Assembly: GCA_964234715.1 (NCBI GenBank)
Contig: OZ174287.1
Source: Podarcis melisellensis
Lineage: Eukaryota
Length of the DNA stretch: 64,000 nucleotides
Direction: 5' to 3' (one strand)
The notes under the pieces: generated by a model
Told to the model about the DNA's origin: nothing
The model's database searches: none
What the model saw: the letters and a program-made list of their open reading frames with translations, nothing else
Position numbers and translations under genes: made by a program
Shown here: positions 46,047-58,000 of the stretch, piece after piece
Layout: every line of letters starts with the position of its first letter
How positions within the stretch are numbered: position 1 is the first letter of the stretch

Positions 46047-49000
46047 AATCTCAGGGTCGTTACGTTACGTCACGTTACGTGAAAGATTCTCGCATTGCAG
46101 GGGGTTGGACTAGATGACCCTCTTGGTCCCTTCCAACTCTGCAATTCTGTGATTCCCTGAGGAGGCAGGGGAGACCTAGCTGTAAAGTTTCTGCTGAGGC
46201 TTGGGTAAACAGTAACCGACTTAAACTTGTGGGATGTAGAATTAGGTTAAAGTTTATATTGGGCATTGTCAAGCTTTCCAAACCCAGGTTCCACTTTGGG
46301 GACCCATTTCTTAATATTTTACCATATATTAGCAAGGCGGCAGTGTATCTGTTGCAGCACACGTCTTATCAGATTCTGACCCACCTGTTGAAGAACCATT
46401 GCTTTACATGACTCTTAAGAGGAATTTTATAATGCTTAAGTATAACTTGCATATGGGGGGTGTAATCTTCTTGCAGGGGGGCAAAATATTATTACTAATA
46501 ATAATAACAACAATAAAAGCAGCAACAGTTGACATTTGATAAGTGCTTTCAGATGTTCAAACTGTTTTAGTCACCATCTTTACAACAGTCCTGTGAGATA
46601 AATAAGTGTTATTCCCCATAATGTAAATGGAGGGGACTAAGAGGAGGTGGCTTACCTAAGACCACCTTAATGAGTTTATGACAGAGGCAAGATTTGAACT
46701 GGGGGCTGGCTTCCCGATTCATAGCTTAGTCTCTTTAACCACTACACTATGCTGCTCTTATGATTCAAGATTTGGGTGTGTATCCATTGGGCTTGCTTTA
46801 GATAGTCCTTCTTCAAGGGAAGGACCATAATTCAGTGGCAAAACATAGGCTTTCCATGCAAAGGTCTACACTGACTAGCACATGCACTCCCCAGGGTTCC
46901 ATCCTTGGCATCTTCAGGTAGGGGTAGGAAAGATGCTTGTGTGAACAATGGACACGACAGCACTTTTTCCTCTCACGCCGTTGGGCCCACTCTCACTTAG
47001 ATAAATTGCCCCCACCTCACTGAACAACTCTTTACTTGAAGGTTTCTTTTCCTTTCCTCTTAAAATTCTAGCCCAGAGTATCCTGCGGGGGACCTTTGTA
47101 AGGGGATATTTAGTAAGTAGGAGTCTCAGACAGGTTTTCTTTAAATAAACAATAAAGATTTATTTAAGGCAAGATAGTATGTAACACAAATGGATTAAAC
47201 TTGGGTTACTTCAGGCGTATAGTACGATTACACTTTAATTCGTCCTCAGTTTTGCGTTATAGGTTTGGTTCCAGTGATACTTTCTTTCAGTTATCCACCC
47301 CCTTTAACAATCCTGCTCCTGAGGTACCTTAAGCAATAGACTCAAGGGCTCCCCACACCCCCTCCCTTCACTGGGTTTGGGAGTTTCTTCTTTTCCTAAG
47401 AAGAATCTCTCCCCTCCAGAATAGATTTGAGTTCCAAGTAGGCTGTTCCTTTCCAGCTCCTACTTCTCCTGGCTCAACCTCTGCCTCCCAGTAAAATTCT
47501 GGTCTATACAATACTCTCAGAGGGGAAGTTGTCTTTTTCCAGAACCAACTCTTTCTCAAATTCACTCTTTCTAACTCAACCTGTCTCCCTACCTATCTCC
47601 CGACCTCTCCAACCCACTCACCCAACCTCACTCTACCTCCCACTATATCTCAAATCCTTTCCTTTTAAAAACTCCCCCCTGGAACCACAGCCAATCAAAG
47701 GCTGCCATTCATTAACAATTTGCTGGCAGGGAAAGAACACCCCCCCACACACACTCTTTTGTTTTTGATCCAAGCAGTCCAGCAAAACTAACTTTTCCAT
47801 CACACCCCGGATAGCTGTTTTTTGTCAGTCAGTGTTAATGTAATCAGCCTTTTGAGTCCCAAGACTTTCCTTTTGCACAAACATGCAACTGGGGAGCCAC
47901 TCTTTCAATCTTAACTATTATATTTGTACTGTGGTAGAGCAGCTGGTGTGGCCTACCTTGTTAAATTACAACCTAGCAGCAGGTCCCAGCCAGCTGGTTG
48001 AGGTTGGGCTAATGATGTGCGAAGGCCAGTTCAGGCTGTATAAAGTGGCTTCCTATGTTACCTAGGTTGGGCTAGCTAAATGATATCTGGGCCACATTCT
48101 TTTCTGGCTTAAAATTTGAGGCACACTTCACTCTTGTGCTATAGGGTATGTGTATTGGATTGATAGTGAGATAGATAGATAAACTGTTCTTGATCAGCCC
48201 CTGGAACAATGACCAGCCATTCTCCTTGCATCTCCAGGATAGCCCATTCAATACTACTTCCTAGTGGCTCACCCTCATCTTGGCCAAATAAGACAGTGCT
48301 CAAGAATAGGACTTTGCCTTACAGGGTTGTTCTGGGGATTAATTGGGGAGGGGAAGAGCCATGTACGCTACCTGAAGTTCCATGGAGAAAAAGGGATATA
48401 AATGCATTGAATGAATAAGGTCTAACTGGGCATGTCACTCCTGCATCCCTTTTCCAGGATTCCGTTCCCGTTCGTCTTTCAAGCTCATTCAGTTGAACCG
48501 CAAATTCCAGTTCCTTCCAAAGTCTCGGGCGCTGCTGGATCTGTGCGCTGCTCCTGGAGGATGGTAAGTGACTGGCAAGCAGGGCAGGGGGCATATGGAG
48601 GATGTTTTGTTCAGGATTAGAAAAGTCTTGCTACTGACATGTTACTGGTACAGGTCACATATATGAGGCTGTGTGGTTCTGACAGCTGGGGAAGAGCTTC
48701 CGATAAACAACAGCAAAATATGTTCAGTATATGCCAGTGATAATGTTGAAATTTCAAGATACTCATTTGCTTTGGTCCTGTGACTTGCCCCTGAAAGGAT
48801 CCCCACTGTGGAGATATTTGGGGAAGTCAAGGTGAAGTGGACTGCCTCTGAGGCTTCAGAACCACCCCAAGTGGACTTGTAAGGTTTGCAGCTGCCCTTG
48901 AGCTGTCCATTAATGAAAAAAAGCACCACCCGGAGAGGAAGTGAGGCTAATTCTGAGAGCGACAACACTGGCTTCCAATCAAGAAATGCCTTCACCAAGG

Positions 49001-52000
49001 TTCCATTTTTTACTTTGAATCGCTGTGCTTTTGGGAGGGGCAGTGAAAGGACCCCATCAGAAGCAGAAAACATTTTTAAAGAGGAAAAGTTATTTGGTCA
49101 CCAGCAGCAATAATATTTATATATTGCTTAATATGCAAAACCCCTAAGCTGCTTACAGAACATGCAGTCAAATAATATTAAAAAGAAAAACGTACGTACA
49201 ATGTTTAAAACAAAAAATGCAATGACATACATTAGTAAAAATAGAGAAGTCATCAATAAAACATTCAGTTAAATTCAATAAATAGCAAAACAGAACAATG
49301 TGATGAATGGCAGTCTTTTAGTCATAACTTCCTAATCTCTGCACTCACCCTGTTGAAATTCCCTTGTGGCGACCATAACCCAGGTTTAAGGTGGCACTTG
49401 GCAATTAGCTTATATACCTGAATTTCTAAAACTGGTTTAGGCATTTCTTGGTCTCCACACCCACAACCATTATAATCAGTAGGGAAGACACCCAAAGGCT
49501 TTTGTTTGAAATCACAATTTTATTAATTTATATTTTCAAGATAGCCTACAAAATAGAACCATAAAACAGATCAAAAACATCAGAAACAAAAACAATTATC
49601 GTAGCAAGTAAAAATAAAAAAGCAATAGTTATAAGATCAGTTAACTGATCTTATCCAAAGGCTTTTGAAAATGAGGCAAGGGTGCCTTGGATTTGAGGTG
49701 AAGCACAACATCTGTCTCAGCCAAGACAAATATTTGTTTTTTTTCCTTAAGGGCACAAAATATCTTGCATCGGTAGCCTGCCCAACATTTGCTTGCTTTG
49801 GTCCAGCCCATCGTACAGAGGAAGGGGCAAGCAGTTGGCTTGATTTCAAGTTGTGCTCTAGATAAAGGGTTCCCGGGAAAAGGGACTCTCTTGCCCGGCT
49901 CTCCAGTTCTGAGAAGGGCGAGAGCTCTTCCCTGCTGCACTAATTCTCTTGAGGCTCTCGTCGGGGGCTGCATGCCTGCAGTGGGGCAGGGCCAAAAGTG
50001 GTTGGAGCTACCCTTCTTTTATTTCCTTTTCTGCCACACCTCTCTTCCCACCCAGCATGCTGCAGAAGGAGGGATAGATTGCTAGCTGTCAGTTCAGGTT
50101 TCTGGGAAGAGCGGAGGGCTTTTGAAGTTAGGTCCAGGCTGTAGGTTGACCACCCCTGTCCTGAAGATTCCCTGACTCTGCCTTCGCAGAGCATGTTTTG
50201 TAGGCCTTTCTTTGCACAGATTATCAGTAATCTTCGAAACAGCCCAATAGAACAGACTGGAAAGAATATTTTTGTGTTACAAATGCACACACGCACCCAG
50301 AAGATTGTGCTTTGTCTTATTATAATTAATTTAAGATTTGGACAGAGAGCCTCCTGGGTCAGAACAGCCTGTCTTTAACCACTGTGCAACACTAACTGGC
50401 GTTCATTTGAGATAAGATTTGATTTTAGTTAAGAGCCTCCTGGATCACACCTCACTATCTTTAATCATTACATAATGCTAGATGACATTCAGAAAGTCTT
50501 GGTGCTGGGGTAAGAGCAGGAAAGGTTTAGAGTTGCAGCGGCAACTCAGGTTTTATCAAATGAACCAGGTTTGTTCTCACTCTTTGGGTGTCATTGTTGA
50601 CTCGCTCAAAGGTAGACCTGATTCTGTTCTTCCAACAGGTTGCAGGTGGCTTCGAAGTTTATGCCTGTGTCCAGTCTTATAATTGGTAAGTAGCCTTGAT
50701 GCGGGAAGAAGAGAGGGAAGATACTTAGAGCAGAGCCCCTAATTTAGCCTAGCTTCCCATTTCCCAACCCAGATGTATCTGGGGAGCTCACAAGAAGGGA
50801 CATGAATCATAGAATTGTAGAGTTGGATGGGACCCCGAGGGTCATCTAGTCCAACCCCCTACAACGCAGGAAACTCGGCTGAAGCATCCATGACAGATGG
50901 CCATCCAGCCTCTCTGCCACTGCTGCTCTCCCAGGTGTTCAGAGACACACTGGCTAGAGCCAAGATAGGGAACCCGTGATTCACTCGAAATTAATGGACT
51001 ACAACTCCAGCCAGCGTGACCAGGGGTCAGAGATGATGGGAGTTGTAGTTCAGCAGAGCCCGGAGTGTCACAGGTCCCCCACCCCTCAAGGGAGGGAGGA
51101 TGTGGGGCTGATGTACACAAAAGGAGCATGGCTTTTCATTTGCATAGTAAAGAGCATTGTGAACTCCCCAAATACATTATCTTCTTGCACATCCTCTGTA
51201 AGGTAAGTAATATCCCTGACGAGAGGCTGAGTGCAAGGGGCCTGCCTAAAAGGATCCCCACCCAGATTCCTGCATTGCAGGGGGTTGGGCTGGATGACTC
51301 TTGGGGTCCCAACTCTACAGTTCTAGGATTCTCTGTCCATGGAAGAGAGCGCATTTGAAGCAGGTTCGTTTCCTGGTTCAGAGCCCTTGTTTCTTAATTG
51401 CCAGGTCATGCCAGCTCTCCTGAGCAGGCAAATGAAGCAGTGGGAGGGGGCTGGGGGTGCATTGAGCAAATTGCCCTACAGCAGGGCTGGGGAGCCAGGC
51501 TTTGGTGGACTCCAGATCCCATCATCCCCCAGCCGGCATGGCCAGTGGCCAGGGCTGAGGAGAGTGGTTGCTTTCCTACGACCTGAAGGGCCACAGCTTC
51601 TTCATCGCTGCCACAAAGCATAAAAGGGGTTTCCTGATGCTTCACACGTGAAAGCAAAGCACATTGGGAGAGTACGTCCCTCAGGTCCCAGAGTCAACCC
51701 TTTGTTTAGAAGGATTTCTAGCAGAAGGAAAGACCACCTGCGGTAGGGCTTGGGAAGCTGCTGCAAACCAGAGTGGGCAGCACTGAGCTAGGGCAGAGCA
51801 GCCCTCCCAACGCAGGTGCCGCTGCTGCTTCCCTGGATGGAGTGGCAGCAGAATTGGGCAACGTGGCTTCTCCTGGGGGTCTACCTAGAGCAGTGTTTCT
51901 CAAACTTTGGCCTCCAGCTGTTTTTGGACTACAACTCCCATCATCCCTAGCTAGCAAGACCAGTGGTCAGGGATGATGGGAACTGTAGTCCGAAAGCAGC

Positions 52001-55000
52001 TGGAGACCCAAGTTTGGGAAACACTGATCTAGAGGCACTGATTGTTATCCACTTAGGCATCTTCACATGAAGACATGTACACATGTACTTATTGATCTGT
52101 ACAGCCCAGCTGCCATGTGCTCAGACTGCCCTAGTTGAATATTGCAGCTCAGTGTAAAGCTCAGCTAGAGTGTACACAGATTGCACACACTTTGAATGCG
52201 ACGCATTAACATCCTCTGTATATAAGGCAGTTTTGCCTGTAACGGGCTATGCTGCAGAAGTTGGGCAGTGAGATTCCTGGCACTGTGTTTTTCCTAAAGA
52301 AACGTCTTCCCCCATATTTCCCTCCCTGCTTCCTCCTGTGTCTTTGATTTCAGGGGTGGACCTGGTTCCCATAAAGCCCATTCCCAATGTGGTAACGATG
52401 CAGGAAGACATCACCACGGAGAAGTGTCGCCAGGTAACTTGCTCTCTCTTCCCGGTACCCACACCCTGATTCCCTGCGCAGCTAATTTTAGTCTTCCGTC
52501 TCGCCTGCCTTTGCCATCCTCATCTCTCATCTGTTTGGGGAATTTACACACCGGATTTCATGCTCATTTGTTTTTCAATGAATAAATCCCAGGGAAGGTA
52601 GCATTTAAAAATGGCGATGAAAGCATAAAACGTAACAAGGTCTAAAAACACCAGAACAAAATGCCAAGTTAATAAAGCAGCTCGAGACTCTTCTGTGTTC
52701 TTGTCTGCTCTCTGTACCTCGCTGTTTCTCTCTCATGCACACCAAGAACATAGGCAGAAGAAAAGCCCTGCTTTTTCAGGCCCATGGCCCATCTAGTCCA
52801 GCACCCTGTTCTCACAGTGGCCAACCAGATGCTTGTGGGAACCCTTCGAACAGGATCTGGGTACAATAGCCCTCTTCCCACCTGGCAGCTGTGGCTAGGA
52901 GCCTTCCTTTCCCAATGACATCCTGCCCTCTGCAATTAGGCAGAGATGTTTTGTCCTTGGTGAATTCTGTCACGTACTTCTCTGCATTATACTCAGCTAG
53001 GTATTGCCCCGAATTCAGTTCTTTTTCTCTCCCCCCTTCCCAGGCCCTACGCAAGGAGCTGAAGACGTGGAAAGTGGATGTTGTGCTGAACGATGGGGCT
53101 CCCAACATGGGAGCCAGCTGGGTACATGATGCGTTTTCCCAAGGTGTGGAGCTTTCCTTCCAGGGGTTCTGGGAGGGAGCAGGCGGTCTTCTCGCCGGCG
53201 GCACGTGTGGGCTCTGTCTCCTGAAGGAGAAGCAGGTGGCTGAGCTGCATATCCAGAGCTGTGTGCATAGAGCGCCCAAGCTGTCAATCACTGGGGGGTA
53301 CAGGAGCAGCAATGAATCTCATGCGCACAGGACAGGCCGTGTGAGTCCCAGTGTGCATGTGGTGTCAATTTTGCAAGACCCCCTTGGCTACGTCGTCCAT
53401 CTGCTGCAAATCATATAATACATGGTGGAGTTGTGTCCCTGCATTTGACACCAGTGAGAGCTCAGCCTCAGATGGGACTGTAAAGTCACGTTCGTGTGCT
53501 GCCCTTCCTTCCCCTGATCTTGGCCATTGAGAAAGAGAGGCCTTCATCAGAGCATAAGGGGTGTGCCAGAGCATGGGCCTTTTAATCTTGCAGTAGTTTT
53601 AAACCCATGCTCTGGCTGCTTCCAGGTTAGACTACTGCAGTTTTGGAACTCCCCCTGCCACACTGGTTGCCCCTTCCCTGTCAGCACTGTCCTTTTTTTT
53701 TGGCTGCCTTCTAAAGGGACATTTGTCTATTCAGTCATTTGGAAGTGAGGTTATGGGGCTCTGTAGAAAACTGGAAACCGTGTACAACTTTATTCATCGC
53801 TGTATTCTGCCATGTGGTCATTGGATGAAAGGTGGCTCAGTCGGTAGAGCACAAGACTCTTAATCCATGAAGTTTAGAAAGCAAGTTGTTAATGATAATA
53901 TTTGGGGCTGCTTTTAAAGATTTATTATTGGCCGGCTGAATGCTAAGCACACGCATGGTGCTTTCGAAGCATGTTTAAAATAAATTTCTCTTGCAATCTA
54001 TGCAACAACCCTGTAAGGTAGGTAAGTATTATTATGCATACATTGCAAAAGGTTGCTGGGGCTGGGTGTTTTTGTGCATAAACGTGTTGGTGGATTGGGC
54101 TAAACACCAAGTCAGCAGCCCTTGCCACCCATTTCCCTGGCACCGTCTCATTCCCTTTCCCCCTCTGCTCTCCCTTTAGCGAACCTCACGCTGTCAGCGC
54201 TGAAGCTGGCCTGCGACTTCTTGTCCAAGGGCGGCTGGTTCATCAGCAAAGTCTTCCGTTCCCGAGACTACCAGCCCCTCCTGTGGATCTTCCAGCAGCT
54301 GTTCCGCAAGGTCCAGGCCACCAAGCCCCAGGCCTCGCGTAACGAGTCTGCCGAGATCTTTGTGGTCTGCCAGGGTGAGTCCACAGAGAGGGAGAAGTGG
54401 GCACAAGGTGGACACAGAACAAGATGAGCAGCGGAAGGCTTGGTAGCATCATGGCTTTATCCTTGCGAACTGCACTGATTGATCATTTCATTTCTGTATT
54501 GCTTAATACATTAAAAACATCTAAGCGGTATATATAGAAAACCGAAGCGACAACAGACAACTTTTTAAATACTACAAAAATGCGCAGTTGCATATAATCG
54601 AGTTAGGTTAATACAAAGTTACTAATACCTAGAAATCAATATATAGTGGTACTCGGGAAGTCGAACGCAATCCATTCCGGAAGTCTGTTCGACCTCCAAA
54701 ACATTCGGAAACCAAGGCGCAGCTTCCGATTGGCTGCAGGAAGCTCATGCAGCCAATCAGAAGCCGCGTTGGATGTTTGGCTTCCAAAGAACATTCACAA
54801 ACTGGAACACTCACTTCAGGGTTTGCGGCGTTTGGGAGTTAAAATGGATGAGTACCAAGGCGTTTGACAACCAAGGTACGACTGTAAACTCATTTTCTCT
54901 TCTGCTACCACTTTCCCCCTCCAGGCTATTTGGCCCCAGATAAAATCGACAACAAGTTCTTCGACCCCAAGTTTGCCTTCAAGGAAGTGGAGGTGCAGGC

Positions 55001-58000
55001 CAAATCCGTCACTGAGCTGGTGTCCCAGAAGAAGCCCAAGGTTAGTGGACAAGCAAACCTTAAGGAGATCAGTTTATCTTCATTTTGAAATAGCCAACTG
55101 GCCAAAACACTGCCTCCAAAGGAGCTTTCTCCACCACCTTGCCTTCTCTGATTTAGCTCCAGAAATGCTCTTCTCTGATCTTGAAAGGATAAGGAGCTGC
55201 AAAGGAAGTGGAGTAAGGCTGGGCAATATCTGGTTTGCAGCATCGCAGTATATTGATATATATTGCAGTGTCTGAAATTAGGATGGAGCCATGCAGAGGC
55301 TTTGACTGGCTTTGTGGCTTTTCCTGCATGGTGAATTTTGCTGGATCCTGCTCTTGTGATTCGCTGCCCCCCCCAGGAGACAGGGGAGAACGGGGCCAGC
55401 AGTTAACAGGGGTCGCAGGAATCAAGAGTAGTATTGGCCAGCCTCACGGTTTTTCCCACATTGTGATTTTTGCACAGCACAGCACACATATACACATTGG
55501 GATTTGATATATATTGTCAGGTCAAAATTTATAAAACTAGTCACAATATCACAATATCAACTTCAAACTGGTTTGGGGTGATATATCACCCAGCCCTAGC
55601 GTGGATTGCTTACGAAGTCTGTCCGTCTTGCTTTAGATTTCTACTTTGGATACTGACTGCAAATTTCCACGCTTTTGCTTGGGCGCAGTGCTAACCTGTG
55701 GCTTTGAGGCATCAGTGGGAACAAAAAAATTCCATAGTTAAACTATGGAACTTAACTCCCACAAGAGGCAGTGATGGCCAGCAGCTTGGCTGGGTTTAAA
55801 AGAGGATTGGACAAAATCATGGAGGATGTAGGGTTGTGCTCTACTGCCAAAGTCAAGAGGCACTTATGCCTCTGAATTCCATTTTCTGGAAACAGTAGGA
55901 GGGGATGGTGCTGTTGCGCTCAGTTCCCGATTGTATGCTTCTCACAGGCGTACAATTGGATGCTGAGAACAGGTTGCTGGACTAGATGGGTCAGTGGCCT
56001 CATCCAGCAAGGTTCTGTTAAAATCCTTGGCACCTGTGGTGGACCTGTTAAAGGGTAAAAGAGTATTGGGAAATGATCCATAATGAATTGAAAAAAATGC
56101 TTTAAAGTACTTTTCCAAAAAAACAAAACCAGGATCCTTTTTGTTGGGGATATTTCAGACGGAAATTCCCATGTGTCAGAAAAGGTTATTTATGTATGCC
56201 ACTACTGCGGCCCGTGTTTTGTTAGCCCCCAAGTGGAAAACGAGCGAGGTCCCAACCAAAGAAGAATTGCAACTTAAATTGACAGAATATGCTCAGCTTG
56301 CAGACTTAACATATAGAATAAAAAAAACAAGAAGAACATACATTTAGAGAAGATTGGAAAATGTTTATTGAATATATGGGGGGAAATTGTGTACACTTGA
56401 AAAGGTTGGCAGCATTAAGATAAATTCAAGAGTGTAAATAAGTTTTGATGGATGGAATACTGAATGGTTTAGTTTGTGTAAAATACGCAGGCATTTTTTT
56501 GATATGAAAAATGAACCATGGAAAGAGAAGAAGGAAAGTCATTGAGATTTTTGTTTAAATGAGTATTCTAAATTGTAAAACAAAATATAATAAAAATTAT
56601 ATATAAAAGATAAATAAAATCCTTGGCACCAGGAAAGTCAAGAGAAAAAAGATGTTGAGGTTGAGGTGAGTGGCATGGAGGCGCACGACTAGCCCAAGTC
56701 TCTTCTCCATAGTCTCATGGCTTTTCTCCTCATTTTTATCTGCTGTTCCTTCCAACTAGGCAGAGGGGTACGAAGATGGCACCACAATTCTTTATAACCG
56801 CTGCACACTGACGGACTTCCTGAAGGCCCCCAACCCTGTGGACTTCCTGGCAAAGGCCAGTGAGGTGAGCACCCAGGTGGCCGTGACCGGAGAGTTGCAT
56901 AGCATGGGGTGGGGAGGGCTGAATGTTTGTGGCAGCGGCTGGTTCATCAGGAGGGTGGTAGCAGCATTAGACACTGGAGAACCTGGAGGTTTTGAGTTGG
57001 AGGGGTTACTAGCTGCAAGAACCAGGTGCTCCAATCCTTCCGTTGCTTATGATATCTTAGTATGGCTTCAGTTTGGTCTTCCTGTGCAGGTTAAGCAGGT
57101 TCTGCTGAGGAGGCTCATTAACATAGGGCAAAGCCCTTTGGATGGATAATGTGATTGGTGCCTCTCTCATCCCCTTGCCTTTCCTAGATTGTCTTCGACA
57201 GCGAAGAGCTGGAACGTCACAGCGCTACCACCGAGGAAGTGCGTCACTGTTGCCGGGACATCCGTGTTCTGGGCCGTAAGGAGCTCCGGTATGTTCCTCC
57301 TTTAAGGGTAGGACTTGGGGTGTAGGAAATGGAGGAACAAAGCCCACCTTTTGTTGGAGAGAGAGAGGTTTTGAAGAGATTCCTACTCTCCAGCAGAGGA
57401 GTTAAACACAATGGCAGTTGCTCCAAAGCACATTAAATCTTGGTTAGATTTGCATCTGCCTTCATCCACCTTCAAGCAAATGTTCCCCATGAGAAAACTT
57501 AGGCTAAAATAAATAACAGACACTTGACTTTGCAAACAAGTGAGTGTTTTACTCACAGTAGTTTCTCAGTGTTACATGTCTCCATCTACTGGCAGTGCAG
57601 TGAAGATGAAAAAAGGTTCTAAACAATCTTTGAGTTAGCAAAGATGCAGACTTTAAAATCTCATTTCAGAGAGATTCAGTTCCCTTCAGAGAGACATGGC
57701 TTCTTGCTTGTTCCAGTAAGCTGAGAGGAGTGGGGGGGGGGCAGAACCAGCTGAGAGCCTGCTAAGCCACACCCACTTGCAACCTGAGCAGGTTCACCCT
57801 TTCAGGCGTGCAAATGTGAGTCAGTAACTGTATATTATGGCACCTTTCACGTCCCAGTCACAAAAGCAGCCGCAGGCCCCCTAAAACTATGGGCAGCAAG
57901 AGCATGCAAGCAGCTATGCTAGATCACCACCCTTCTAGTTTGCCAGCCATTGCCCACATATTTCCAGTTCACACTCATAAAGGCTAGAAACTGTTTTGAA

